From Abditibacteriaceae bacterium (GTDB lineage Bacteria; Armatimonadota; Abditibacteriia; Abditibacteriales; Abditibacteriaceae): DNA of 64,000 bases. The translations under genes and the position numbers were made by a program. The stretch is taken from positions 32,001 through 96,000 of the forward strand of contig OZ255721.1 of assembly GCA_965277285.1 (NCBI GenBank), read 5' to 3'. The notes beneath the pieces were generated by a model that was not told where the DNA came from, did no database searches, and worked only from the letters and a program-made list of their open reading frames with translations. Shown here in pieces: positions 44,877 to 55,855 of the stretch. Numbering within the stretch: the first letter of the stretch is position 1; each line of letters begins with the position of its first letter.

Positions 44877-46391
44877 ATGAACGAAAAAGTGGCGATTATT
44901 GGCGGCGGCATCGGCGGTTTGGCGACGGCGTGTTTGCTCGCTAAAAAAGGTTTCAAAGTACAATTGTTCGAGAAAAACGAACGCTTGGGCGGCGTCGCCA
45001 ATCAGTTTGAAGCGCAAGGTTTCACCTTCGATATGGGGCCGTCGTGGTATTTAATGCCGGACGTGTTCAAGAATTTTTTCGATTTGCTGGATGAGAAAGT
45101 GGAAGATCATCTCGATCTCGTCAGGCTCGATCCCAGTTATCGCATTTACTTCAAAGGCCAAGGTCGTCACTTCGATTTCGCTTCGGATATTGAACGCGAC
45201 GCGACGATTTTTGACGAATTGGAGCCAGGTTCGAGTACTCGATTGCGCGAATATCTGGAAAAATCGAAGTATCAATATAAAATCGCGCTCGGCGGTTTCA
45301 TGTACAAGAACTACGACACAGTTTTCGATTTTCTGAACAAGCAGACCGCCACTGAAGGCCGCGAACTCGAAGTGTTTTCGCCGATGCACAAATATGTGCA
45401 GAAGTTTTTCAAGGGCGATGAAGTGCAGAAAATCATGGAGTACCAGCTCGTGTTTTTGGGCAGTTCTCCCTACAATACGCCCGCGCTGTATAACATTATG
45501 AGCCACATCGATTTCAACATGGGCGTCTGGTATCCGATGGGCGGCATTCACCAGATTCCCAAAACCCTGCAGAAAATCGGTGAAAAATTGGGCGTCGAGT
45601 ACTTCACAACCGCGCCGGTCGAACGCATTTTAACCAAAGCCGGACGCCGCGCCAAAGGTGTTCGCCTGGAAGATGGACGCACCTTTGAAGCCGACATGAT
45701 TGTCGCTAACGCCAGCATCGAACACGTCGAGCGCAATTTGCTTTCGAGTCCGCATCGTTCGCATTCCGACCGCTATTGGGACACCAAAACTCTGGCGCCC
45801 TCAGCGTTTATTTTGTATTTGGGTTTGAAGGATAAAATCCCCAATATCGCGCATCACAACCTGATTTTTTCTGAAGATTGGAAGACGAACTTTGGCGAGA
45901 TTTTCGACCATCCGACATGGCCGACCGATCCGTCGTTTTACATTTGCGCGCCCAGCGTGACCGACCCGAACGTCGCGCCTGTAGGCAAGGAGAACTTGTT
46001 CGTTCTGGTTCCGATTGCGCCCGGCATGAAAGCCGACGCGCAATTTCTGGAAGATTACAAAAACAAAACGCTGGATGTGATGGAACGCGAAATGAAGATT
46101 CCGAACTTGCGCGAGCGCATCGAGTACTCGAAAACCTTCTGGACGCCGGATTTCGCCAGCCGCTATAACACTTTTCGCGGAACGGCTTTGGGTCTCGCGC
46201 ACACCATGACACAAACCGCGTTGTTGCGGCCAAATAACAAATCGAAGAAGTTGAAGAACTTGTTTTACGTCGGTGCCAATACCAATCCCGGAATCGGAAT
46301 GCCGATTCAGTTAATTAGTGCGGAACTGGCGTATAAACGCATTGTCGGCGACCGTTCGGCCAGTCATCTGCAAAGTTTGGATGCGCTGTGA
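44877..46391 (+). CDS. crtI: Phytoene desaturase family carotenoid oxidoreductase
   Basis: IIGGGIGGL FAD motif, FDMGPSWY, NLFYVGANTNPGIGMP. Confidence 0.92.
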   Translation: MNEKVAIIGGGIGGLATACLLAKKGFKVQLFEKNERLGGVANQFEAQGFTFDMGPSWYLMPDVFKNFFDLLDEKVEDHLDLVRLDPSYRIYFKGQGRHFDFASDIERDATIFDELEPGSSTRLREYLEKSKYQYKIALGGFMYKNYDTVFDFLNKQTATEGRELEVFSPMHKYVQKFFKGDEVQKIMEYQLVFLGSSPYNTPALYNIMSHIDFNMGVWYPMGGIHQIPKTLQKIGEKLGVEYFTTAPVERILTKAGRRAKGVRLEDGRTFEADMIVANASIEHVERNLLSSPHRSHSDRYWDTKTLAPSAFILYLGLKDKIPNIAHHNLIFSEDWKTNFGEIFDHPTWPTDPSFYICAPSVTDPNVAPVGKENLFVLVPIAPGMKADAQFLEDYKNKTLDVMEREMKIPNLRERIEYSKTFWTPDFASRYNTFRGTALGLAHTMTQTALLRPNNKSKKLKNLFYVGANTNPGIGMPIQLISAELAYKRIVGDRSASHLQSLDAL

Positions 46392-46463
46392 CATTCGCGC
46401 GGCGCGAGGGTTATATGCGACAATGAAGGCGACGTTCAACGCACCAATTGACAGGAGCATCCG

Positions 46464-47579
46464 ATGAAAAATCCTTCCAACGAACCGCAACCATGGGACG
46501 GCGCATCTTCCGAACCGTCCGCCTTTCAACCTTTGCCTGATGCGCCGCTTGCGTCTTCATCCAACGCGTCGCCAACCTTTGATGCGTCTGCAACCGTGTC
46601 CGGTACAACTTCTGGCATGGCGCCCGTTCCGACGCTCCAAACGAATATGACGCCAAAGAAGCCAGCGGCGCGTAGTGCGGTTTATACATGGGTAGCGGTG
46701 GGGCTTTTTCTGGTGCGTTTGGTGGTGTGGGGCGCCGATTCCTTCCACACGCATCAACAAAACAAGGGCATCGACATTTACAACAAGGGCATTGACGATA
46801 TGGACAAAGGCAACTCGTCACAGGCCATCAGCGAGTTTACGCAGGCCACGCAATCGGACACCGACAATTCGACTAAAGCTCTCGCTTACATCAATCGCGG
46901 CGTGGTTTATTTTCGTCAGAAAGACAATGACAAAGCCTTGTCCGATTTCAATCAGGCGGTGGCCTTGGATAGCAAGTCGGCGGATGCTTATTATAATCGC
47001 GGCCTGGTGGAGAACCGACAGGGGAAGTATGCCAAAGCCTTGCAAGACTTCGATCAGGCCACGGCGATTAAACCGAACGACGCCGACGTTGACAGTCAGC
47101 GCGCGCGGACTTACACCTTGATTTACAATAAAGGTGTGGACGACATGGATGCGGGTCGCACGTCGCAAGCTATCGGCGAGTTTACGCAGGTCACGAAATC
47201 GGCGGTCGAAAACTCGCTCAAAGCGCAGTCTTATCTAAATCGCGGCCTTGTTTATTTTCGGCAAAAAGACAACGCCAAAGCCTTGGCCGATTTCAATCAG
47301 GCGACATCTTTGGACGGCAAGCTGGCCGAAGCGTATTATGATCGCGGCCTGATTGACATCCGCCAGAATCAATACGCCAAAGCCGTACAAGACTTAAATC
47401 GGGCGGCCTCACTCAAGCCGAGCGACACCAACATTTACGATGATCGCGCGCGGGCTTACACCTTGCTCAAGCAATACGACAAAGCGTGGAGCGACATCCA
47501 GAAAAGCCGCGCTCTGGGCGGAAAACCGGACGCCGACCTCGCCAAATCATTGGAAACTTTGAGCAAAGAGAAAAAGTAG
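46464..47579 (+). CDS. Membrane-anchored TPR protein with internal duplication
   Basis: TM segment then two copies of a TPR block (AYINRG/AYYNRG; SYLNRG/AYYDRG). Confidence 0.85.
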   Translation: MKNPSNEPQPWDGASSEPSAFQPLPDAPLASSSNASPTFDASATVSGTTSGMAPVPTLQTNMTPKKPAARSAVYTWVAVGLFLVRLVVWGADSFHTHQQNKGIDIYNKGIDDMDKGNSSQAISEFTQATQSDTDNSTKALAYINRGVVYFRQKDNDKALSDFNQAVALDSKSADAYYNRGLVENRQGKYAKALQDFDQATAIKPNDADVDSQRARTYTLIYNKGVDDMDAGRTSQAIGEFTQVTKSAVENSLKAQSYLNRGLVYFRQKDNAKALADFNQATSLDGKLAEAYYDRGLIDIRQNQYAKAVQDLNRAASLKPSDTNIYDDRARAYTLLKQYDKAWSDIQKSRALGGKPDADLAKSLETLSKEKK

Positions 47580-47593
47580 AAGGAGTACTCGGA

Positions 47594-48580
<987 letters not shown>

Positions 48581-48639
48581 ATCGAGTACTCGACCTGCCA
48601 ATTTCCGGGATTGGCAGGTCGTTTCAAAGGTCTGAAATA

Positions 48640-49086
48640 ATGGGGTTAGAAGCGCACGCATACAAAGGCACGGGAGAAGATTTTCGTAGTTTCTACTGCC
48701 GCGAAGATTCTGCTATCGAAATTGATCCCGTAGGTTCTTACCCACATATCTCAGAGGCCTTTTATCAAGGACTACAAGAAATTATCTACATCGGCTTGCC
48801 GAACTATAATTTTTACCATGATGGAATGTTTGACGCGCCCTGGATGTTGTTTGATGTTGCAGATGAAGAGTACATTTACAACAGAAGCAAACCCAATTTC
48901 TATTGGCTTCCAGACAAAGTGAAGCAAATATATGAAGCTGCCGATTGGCCTGCGCATCGCGTGAGAGTTGTTCAGAGATGCCGTGAGAACCCCTTCGATA
49001 TGGCGTATTCACTTGGTACTTTGGAGGGCGCGAGAATCTTTCTTCGCTTATGCGCAGAGCACGATTTAGGTATTTGGTTCGGCTGA
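48640..49086 (+). CDS. Hypothetical protein (AT-rich)
   Basis: 148-aa ORF filling the intergenic gap; no recognised motif. Confidence 0.55.
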   Translation: MGLEAHAYKGTGEDFRSFYCREDSAIEIDPVGSYPHISEAFYQGLQEIIYIGLPNYNFYHDGMFDAPWMLFDVADEEYIYNRSKPNFYWLPDKVKQIYEAADWPAHRVRVVQRCRENPFDMAYSLGTLEGARIFLRLCAEHDLGIWFG

Positions 49087-49089
49087 CAA

Positions 49090-49938
49090 TCAGAAATGAA
49101 AGAAACGCGCAATCACAATCGCCCAGAACAGCACGAAACCAACGGTTGTATTGACAATTGGAAACCATTTGTAGATTTGTCGCACGCCGTCTTCATCATC
49201 GCTGCGCAGAGAAATCACCATCAGCGCGATGTAGATGATTCCGAGTAGCGGCGTCAAACGTCCGAGTACTCGAAAGGCGATTAGCGTTGAAGCGATGTAG
49301 AGCGCGGTGCAAAAAAGCAGCGTGCCGTAAAAACCCAAAAATGTGGCGACGGTTGGAACATTCGCCTGGCGGTCGGCGGAGATGTCGGGCGCGGCGGAAT
49401 AAGCGTGCATCGCCATCGCCCAACACCAGGCGGCAACAAAAAGCGCAACGTTGAAATTGTGGCCGCCGACCAAGAAATACGCGAAGACGCCAGGAAAAAC
49501 ATACAACACGTTGAAAATTGAATCGAGAATTGGCTTCGACTTGGCGCGAATCGGCGGCGCGGAATAGAACAAGCTGAAGAACAAAAAACCCGCCATTGCG
49601 CCAACGCATCGAGTACTCGAAAATGGCAGCAACAGCAGAAAAGGAAAGTTCGTCAGCGCGACGATTTTCCACAAAGTTGGGCGCTCGGGCGGGTGGAGCA
49701 GCGTTTCATATCTTTCTTTTTTGACGTTGCGAATGTCGGTTTCATAATCGAAAACATCGTTCACGCCATAAATCAAGATGTTGGCGGGAAACAGGAAGAA
49801 AAGTCCGAATGCAATGACCAGCAGCGTGCGCAAGTCGTTTAAGTGCGCGGCTCCAGCGACCAGACCGACAATATACGGGCCGAAAACGTAAATCCAGAAA
49901 CGCGGGCGGCTGAGGCGAAACAGTTTTTCTCGGGTCAC
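49090..49938 (-). CDS. UbiA-family prenyltransferase, lycopene elongase (CrtEb/LyeJ)-like
   Basis: LSRPRFWIY..GPY, YGVNDVFDYETD, YSAPP.R.K, AMHAYSA.PDI.AD. Confidence 0.8.
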   Translation of the reverse strand: MTREKLFRLSRPRFWIYVFGPYIVGLVAGAAHLNDLRTLLVIAFGLFFLFPANILIYGVNDVFDYETDIRNVKKERYETLLHPPERPTLWKIVALTNFPFLLLLPFSSTRCVGAMAGFLFFSLFYSAPPIRAKSKPILDSIFNVLYVFPGVFAYFLVGGHNFNVALFVAAWCWAMAMHAYSAAPDISADRQANVPTVATFLGFYGTLLFCTALYIASTLIAFRVLGRLTPLLGIIYIALMVISLRSDDEDGVRQIYKWFPIVNTTVGFVLFWAIVIARFFHF

Positions 49939-49998
49939 GCAGTAAGGGTAGCCAGAAGTTGGGATTTGTGAAAGGATAAAACGCGGATAAAAGCTGTT

Positions 49999-50031
49999 CA
50001 GCGAATCGAGTACTCGATTCGCTGCTTTTTT
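49999..50031. repeat. 26-bp perfect palindrome centred on TCGAGTACTCGA followed by a T-run
   Basis: CAGCGAATCGAGT-ACTCGATTCGCTG-CTTTTTT. Confidence 0.8.
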
Positions 50032-50145
50032 GTGAGAAGCGTGGCGGGGCTGACGTCCTCTTCCAATCGGGTCGCCTCATAGATTGGAAGAAAGCGTCAG
50101 TCGCGTTATGTCGGATGAAAGATGTTTGCGGTGTGCCGATCTGTG

Positions 50146-50925
50146 GTGAAATTAAAAAACTCTCGTTTTTGGTATGTCTTAGCCATTCCGTTGATGGCGA
50201 TAAACGGATGGTTTGTGGCCAATCTTCAGGTGCGCCCCGAATTAAAACCCTTCGCGGATCGTTCTGAAATCGCGCTTGTCTCCAGCGTTTTCGTGCTGGT
50301 TTTTGCGCTGCCATCATTTGTCGTGCTGGTGAAGTGGCTGCAAACGCGTGGCGTTTTCGCTTTGGTGGTGTTGGGCGTTTTCGCGGTGGCAATCGAAAGT
50401 TTCGCAGTCGTGACAGGTTTTCCGTACGGTCATTTTTCGTACGGCGCGAAAATCGGCGGCAAAATGTTCGGGCTTGTTCCATGGACAGTTCCTTTCGCCT
50501 GGACGCCGGTTTTGCTGGGTTCGTATGCTTTGGCGCGACGCAGCGTGCGCGACCGCGTGGGACGTTTGCCCTGGAAAACCGTTACGGCAACGGCTGTCAT
50601 TGCGACGTTGTTCGATGGCGTGCTCGATCCGGGCGCCGTTTCGCAGAGTTTTTGGTCGTATCGAAACGGCGGATTGTTTTATGGCGTGCCGCTGTCGAAT
50701 TTTGCGGGCTGGCTTTTGTCGGGTGCAATCGGCGCCTTGATCTTAGGTTATTTCGCGCAATGGCACGCGCGCGATTTGCCGCCCAAAGGTTTGCTGGCCA
50801 GCGCGTGGCTAATCATTTTGTTCTGGACAAGCGTTTGCGCCTGGTCGAAGTTGATGATTCCAGCGGTTCTGGGTGCGCTGCTTTGTCTGTGGATTGGAAG
50901 CGTCTTGCTCCGTGCCAAAAGTTGA
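50146..50925 (+). CDS. Carotenoid biosynthesis protein, CruF-type hydratase
   Basis: E...V.TGFPYG.F.Y, VPW.VPFAW, D..LDP, YGVPLSNFAGW; start uncertain. Confidence 0.8.
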   Translation: MKLKNSRFWYVLAIPLMAINGWFVANLQVRPELKPFADRSEIALVSSVFVLVFALPSFVVLVKWLQTRGVFALVVLGVFAVAIESFAVVTGFPYGHFSYGAKIGGKMFGLVPWTVPFAWTPVLLGSYALARRSVRDRVGRLPWKTVTATAVIATLFDGVLDPGAVSQSFWSYRNGGLFYGVPLSNFAGWLLSGAIGALILGYFAQWHARDLPPKGLLASAWLIILFWTSVCAWSKLMIPAVLGALLCLWIGSVLLRAKS

Positions 50926-50940
50926 AATGTTTTGAACACC

Positions 50941-51052
50941 AACGAACCCGGGTGCCCTCGGGGCAGACGTAAGCGATGGGCTTGCTTAACAGCCACAAGA
51001 AACTACTAGTTCAGCCCATCGCTTACGTCTGCCCAGAGGGCACTACAGGTTC
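50941..51052. repeat. REP family C doublet with mini-hairpin inserted in both arms
   Basis: AACGAACCC[GGGTGCCCTCGGGGCAG]ACGTAAGCGATGGGCT ... AGCCCATCGCTTACGT[CTGCCCAGAGGGCACT]ACAGGTTCG. Confidence 0.7.
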
Positions 51053-51096
51053 GCTAACGTCTTTCGAGTACTCGATTCTTTATTGGTCTTTTTGTC

Positions 51097-54000
51097 TTGA
51101 TGATTCTTCTCGTTTTTCTTCTCGCCCTTTTTGCTGCACCAGCCATCGCGCAAACCCCGAACGTTCCACCAACTGTTGTCGCTGTGCCAACGCCGATTGC
51201 GACACCAAGGCCGTTGCCTAAATTGAAACCGGCTTTGCCAACACCACCGGCGCCGGAAATGTTTCCGTTCGCCTTGCCGCCATTTGACAGCAGCCAGACG
51301 CCGACCGATGTTTCGTGGATGAACGACCTTCCCGCTGGAGCGCGTGGTTTCGTGTCAACGCAGGGCGAACATTTTGTGGACGGACAAGGACGCGTTTTGC
51401 GTTTGTGGGGCGTCAACATCAATTTTGCGGGCGCCTTTCCCTCCAAAGAAGACGCGCCAAAGATTGCGGCGCGCTTGGCGAAGTTTGGTTTCAACGCGGT
51501 GCGCCTGCATCATTACGAAGGTTATGCCGGACAAAACGGCATCTGGAAAGCCGTTGCTATTGGTTCGTCCAAACCGAAAATCCCGCGCGAGTTCGATCCC
51601 GATCAACTCGACCGCCTGGACTTTTTCATTTCCGAATTGATTAAACACGGCATTTACATCGATTTGAACCTTCACGTCGGACGCAAAACGACTGACAGCG
51701 AAGGTGTTCAATATGCGTCCACTTTGCCGGAAAAAGACAAAGGCATTGATTATTTCGATCCGCAATTGGTTCGCTTGCAACGTGATTTTTCGCGCGCCAT
51801 TTTGACGCACGTCAACCCTTATACGGGGCGCGCGCTCAAAGACGAACCGGGCGTTTGCGCGATTGAAATGACGAACGAAGATTCCCTCTTGGGAATGTGG
51901 CTCGAAGGTTCGCTTTCGATGCCGAACAATTACGCTTATGCTTTGAACGACAAATGGATGATGTGGCTCAAGGCGCGTTATAAAACCGACGCCGCCTTCA
52001 AGCGCGCCTGGACGGAAATTGATGCACCACTGCAGGGAAGCGATATTCTGGCGTTTCCCTTGCCAACCGGCATCGCCAACCCTGATGCGCCGGACGCGCG
52101 CAAAGCCGTTTCCCTCAATGAACTGGCGCACCTCAACTTGGCGCTGGTCAGCGGCGCGCAAGGTTTGACGAGCATCGACCCGATTGGCGGCCCCAGCGTC
52201 GATGGTTTTGTGCGCCCGGGCTTGACCGCGAATTTGCAAACCTCAGGCAGTGTGACGTGGGCATTTCAACTGAACCGCGACGGCCTGGATTTGCAGGAAG
52301 GTCAGGTTTACACGCTTTCGTTCTGGGCGCGCGCCGATTCGCCACGACGCATTTCCGTCAATTTGTGGCAAGACCGCGAACCGCATCGCTTCGAGGGTTT
52401 TACAGGCTACGCCGATCTCACGGTCAACTGGGAGCAGTACTCGTTCGTCTTTCGTCCCGTCAATCCCGATCCGCAGCATTCGCGCATCAGTTGGAACTTT
52501 GGCAAAGACACCGGCACCATTCAACTGGGCGAAACCAATTTGCACGTCGGCGGCAAAATCGCGCTGCCCGAAACGTGGAGCCTGACGCACGGCGTTCCCA
52601 ACCTGGAATGGAAAAGCACGCCGATTTCGCGCGCGCGCCGCGACTTCGCCGAGTTTTTAGGCGGCGTGGAAAGCGATTCCGTGTCGCAAATGCGCGATTA
52701 TTTGCGTAAAAATTTGGGCGTCAAAGTGCCGATTTGGAACACGCAGGCGCAGTTCGGTGGCTGGGGCGGCTTGGCGCGAGAAGGCGATTTGTCGGACGCG
52801 ATTGATGTCCACGCCTATTGGAAACATCCCAGTTTCGGCGGCGCGGCTTGGAGCAACACCGATTGGAAAATCGGCAACGCTTCGATGACGGCGAGCGCCG
52901 CGAACGATCCGCTTTCGGCTTTCGCGTTTTATCGCGTGCCAAACAAACCGTTTGTGATGAGCGAATGGAACAGCGGGCAACCCAATGATTTCGGCGCAGA
53001 AACCCTTTTGATGGCGGCTTCTTATGCGGCATGGCAAGATTGGGCGGGCGTTTTTCTGTTCGATTACCATTCCAACGGCTCGTATAATCGCAACTTTTTC
53101 GACGGCTTTTTCTCGATTGATTCGCAACCCGCCAAAATGGTGACGGCTCCGGCTGCCGCGCTGATTTTCCGGCGTCCGCCAGCAATCGAGTACTCGAAAG
53201 CGCCTTCTCTATCGACAAGCTTGGTGGCGAGCAACAGCGCGATCAAACCCTTGATACCGAGCGCAACGAGCAACGCGTCCGGTAACGCCTTGAGCAATGC
53301 AGCGCCAAAAACCGGCGCTGTTACAACGCAGTCGGCAGCGGAAAAAAGTGCGCTCAACGCTTCGGTTTTACCGGTTTCCAGCGGTCTTTTGCCATCGCAG
53401 AAAAGCGACCCAAATGCGCGCCAAGAAACTGTAACGAATCTTCTGCCTGGCGATGCCTTGCCCGCGACGGACAACGTGACATTGACTTTGCCACGCGACT
53501 TGACGTGGGACGAAACCGCGTCATTTTCGGATGGCCCGACCGCTTCGGCCATCATTCGCAGCTGGCGCGATGCGGGCGGCGTGCGCTCCGTTCCGTTGCA
53601 AGGCCGCCTTTATGCGCAACTGGGCGATGGGCTTTTCGCACGCGCCACGCGAACCACTGCGCCAGCATTGGGCGATTCTCCGATGTTGGTCGGCGATACG
53701 CGACAAATGATGTGGGACAGCAAAAAAGATGTGTTTTGTCTGGACACGCCGCGCTCGAAAGTCGCGGTCGGGTTTTTGGGAGCGCGCTTTACGCAAGTCG
53801 GCGAATGGCAGATTGTGATGCCGCAAACGCAAAACAATTGGGCGAGTTTATCGCTGACCAGTTTGGACGGAAAAGAGATTGCGTCTTCCAAAAGTCTGCT
53901 GCTGACAGCCGTCGGCAAAGCCGAAAATATCGGCATGGGCTGGAACGCGGATCGTTCTTCGGTCGGCAATCAATGGGGAACTGGCCCGACGCAAATCGAA

Positions 54001-54171
54001 GGAATTTTGGCGTATGTTCGCTTGATGACCGACCTGAAAAATCCACGCGTTTATTCGCTGGACGAAACCGGCGCGCGCCATTTCCTGATTCCTTCGCGCC
54101 TGCGCAACGGCGTCTTAAGTTTCACTCTTTCGCCTTCGTGGAAAACCGCGTGGTACCAAATTGAAGGATGA
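51097..54171 (+). CDS. Secreted GH5-like glycoside hydrolase with inserted CBM4/9-like domain
   Basis: Signal peptide; LWGVN, GFNAVRLHH, HVNPYTG, EMTNED, DVHAYWKHP, MSEWN; YTLSFWARAD. Confidence 0.75.
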   Translation: MMILLVFLLALFAAPAIAQTPNVPPTVVAVPTPIATPRPLPKLKPALPTPPAPEMFPFALPPFDSSQTPTDVSWMNDLPAGARGFVSTQGEHFVDGQGRVLRLWGVNINFAGAFPSKEDAPKIAARLAKFGFNAVRLHHYEGYAGQNGIWKAVAIGSSKPKIPREFDPDQLDRLDFFISELIKHGIYIDLNLHVGRKTTDSEGVQYASTLPEKDKGIDYFDPQLVRLQRDFSRAILTHVNPYTGRALKDEPGVCAIEMTNEDSLLGMWLEGSLSMPNNYAYALNDKWMMWLKARYKTDAAFKRAWTEIDAPLQGSDILAFPLPTGIANPDAPDARKAVSLNELAHLNLALVSGAQGLTSIDPIGGPSVDGFVRPGLTANLQTSGSVTWAFQLNRDGLDLQEGQVYTLSFWARADSPRRISVNLWQDREPHRFEGFTGYADLTVNWEQYSFVFRPVNPDPQHSRISWNFGKDTGTIQLGETNLHVGGKIALPETWSLTHGVPNLEWKSTPISRARRDFAEFLGGVESDSVSQMRDYLRKNLGVKVPIWNTQAQFGGWGGLAREGDLSDAIDVHAYWKHPSFGGAAWSNTDWKIGNASMTASAANDPLSAFAFYRVPNKPFVMSEWNSGQPNDFGAETLLMAASYAAWQDWAGVFLFDYHSNGSYNRNFFDGFFSIDSQPAKMVTAPAAALIFRRPPAIEYSKAPSLSTSLVASNSAIKPLIPSATSNASGNALSNAAPKTGAVTTQSAAEKSALNASVLPVSSGLLPSQKSDPNARQETVTNLLPGDALPATDNVTLTLPRDLTWDETASFSDGPTASAIIRSWRDAGGVRSVPLQGRLYAQLGDGLFARATRTTAPALGDSPMLVGDTRQMMWDSKKDVFCLDTPRSKVAVGFLGARFTQVGEWQIVMPQTQNNWASLSLTSLDGKEIASSKSLLLTAVGKAENIGMGWNADRSSVGNQWGTGPTQIEGILAYVRLMTDLKNPRVYSLDETGARHFLIPSRLRNGVLSFTLSPSWKTAWYQIEG

Positions 54172-54189
54172 GGATCGAGTACTCGAAAC

Positions 54190-54486
54190 TCAAACTATGT
54201 TGTTTTGCTGGACTTTTGCGGCGAGCGAATCCACAATATCGCCCAACGGTTTGTTTTCCCAAGAGCGCTTGTCCTTGTTGGGAATGTCGATGCTCAACTC
54301 TTTTGAGAATCGTAAAAGACACTCGAAAAGTTCCATGTCTCCAAAAGGCATTTGAAAAACAACGTCGAACAGGTCTTGTGGAATGAAAAAAACGTTTGGC
54401 CAGCGATATTCTTCTGTGATAACGGAACTGTGATAACGGAACGAACGTAAACGCTCATTGGCAGCCGCGTCGGATCGTTTCCCCAA
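54190..54486 (-). CDS. Hypothetical protein (AT-rich), possibly a fragment
   Basis: Short ORF in the intergenic gap; no motif. Confidence 0.35.
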   Translation of the reverse strand: MGKRSDAAANERLRSFRYHSSVITEEYRWPNVFFIPQDLFDVVFQMPFGDMELFECLLRFSKELSIDIPNKDKRSWENKPLGDIVDSLAAKVQQNNIV

Positions 54487-54778
54487 AGTTCAAGAACTGA
54501 TTTTGATCTCGCAGCGAGTTGCTCGGCTACTTGCGCTACGACTGGATCGAAGCGGCTTTGATAAATCCAAATCGGTTTCGCAAATAGTTCCTTTGGTACA
54601 TATTGTTCGATTTGATAACCATCTGGTCAGTGGAGCGGTTGCATTTACGTTATCTTATCGTTTTTCTTATGAGCAGGCGCCTGAGCGGAATCGAGTACTC
54701 GATATTCATCATTCATCATTCTGTATTCATCATTTGTCTTATAATGAGAGTGCTCGTTTGAGTGAGGAGGCGGCTCTT

Positions 54779-55741
54779 ATGCCGTATGTTGCGACCTGCA
54801 CATTCCGCGAACCCGCGAAATCTTATTATCTCGATCCGTGCGACTTGGAACTTCACGCCGATTCGCGCATTGTGGCCGAAACCGCGCGCGGAATCGAACT
54901 GGGAAAACTGAAATTCTTGCCGCGCGAAGTCAGCGCTGACGCCATTATTCAACCGGTGCGCCCGATTCTGCGCATCGCTACCGAAAGCGATCTGGAACAA
55001 CACGAAGAAAACCTGCGCCGCGAAGAGGAAAGTGTTCTCATCGTCCGCAACCGCATTTTGTATTATGGCCTGCCGATGAAGCCGATCAAATGCGAACTGA
55101 TGCTCGATTGTTCGCGGATGTTTTTCTTTTACGAAAGCGAAGGCCGCGTCGATTTCCGCGAACTGTTGCGCGATGTTTCCAATCGCTTGAACGTGCGCCT
55201 GCAATTTCAGCAAGTGAACGCGCGCGAGGCGGCGCAGATATTGGGTGGCGTCGGCATTTGCGGACAGGAATTGTGCTGCGCGACGTGGCTCAAGTCGACG
55301 CCGCCCATCACCTTGAAAATGGCGAAGGAGCAGGGCATGGCGCTGACTCCTTCAAAAATCAGCGGCGTTTGCGGTCGTTTGATGTGCTGCCTGCGCTACG
55401 AAACCGATTTCTACCGCGACCAGAACATGAAATTGCCATCGCCCGGCACGCCCGTTGATACACCTGAAGGGCCGGGTTACGTCGTCAATGTCGATGTTTT
55501 TACCGAAGTTTGCACGGTGCGCCTGGGCGATGACCGACAAATCGCGGTTCAAGGCGACGATTTGCGTGCACTGCGCGAAGAACGCGGCGAAGTTCATGCT
55601 TGCAAAAACTCGGTGAAAAATGGCGGCAGTTGCAACGGCGCGGCGGTCGGCCAAAGTTGCGGAACTGGCGGCTGCGGCAAAGACGGAGGCTGCGGCTGCA
55701 CTTATATGAAAGGCGCGCGCATGGTCGCATTGACGGTTTGA
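54779..55741 (+). CDS. ricT: PSP1-domain protein RicT/YaaT
   Basis: RVDFRELL, GGVGICGQELCC, MAKEQ, KISGVCGRLMCCLRYE; GAGGAGG RBS. Confidence 0.9.
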   Translation: MPYVATCTFREPAKSYYLDPCDLELHADSRIVAETARGIELGKLKFLPREVSADAIIQPVRPILRIATESDLEQHEENLRREEESVLIVRNRILYYGLPMKPIKCELMLDCSRMFFFYESEGRVDFRELLRDVSNRLNVRLQFQQVNAREAAQILGGVGICGQELCCATWLKSTPPITLKMAKEQGMALTPSKISGVCGRLMCCLRYETDFYRDQNMKLPSPGTPVDTPEGPGYVVNVDVFTEVCTVRLGDDRQIAVQGDDLRALREERGEVHACKNSVKNGGSCNGAAVGQSCGTGGCGKDGGCGCTYMKGARMVALTV

Positions 55742-55749
55742 CACGTATC

Positions 55750-55824
55750 AACGAACCCGAAGCGTAAGCGACGGGTCTTGCGCAAAGTCTTATCAAGACC
55801 CGTCGCTTACGCTTCGGGTTCGTT
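55750..55824. repeat. REP family C doublet
   Basis: AACGAACCCGAAGCGTAAGCGACGGGTCTT ... AAGACCCGTCGCTTACGCTTCGGGTTCGTT. Confidence 0.88.
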
Positions 55825-55855
55825 ATCGCACTTCGAGTACTCGATTTCTCTCAAT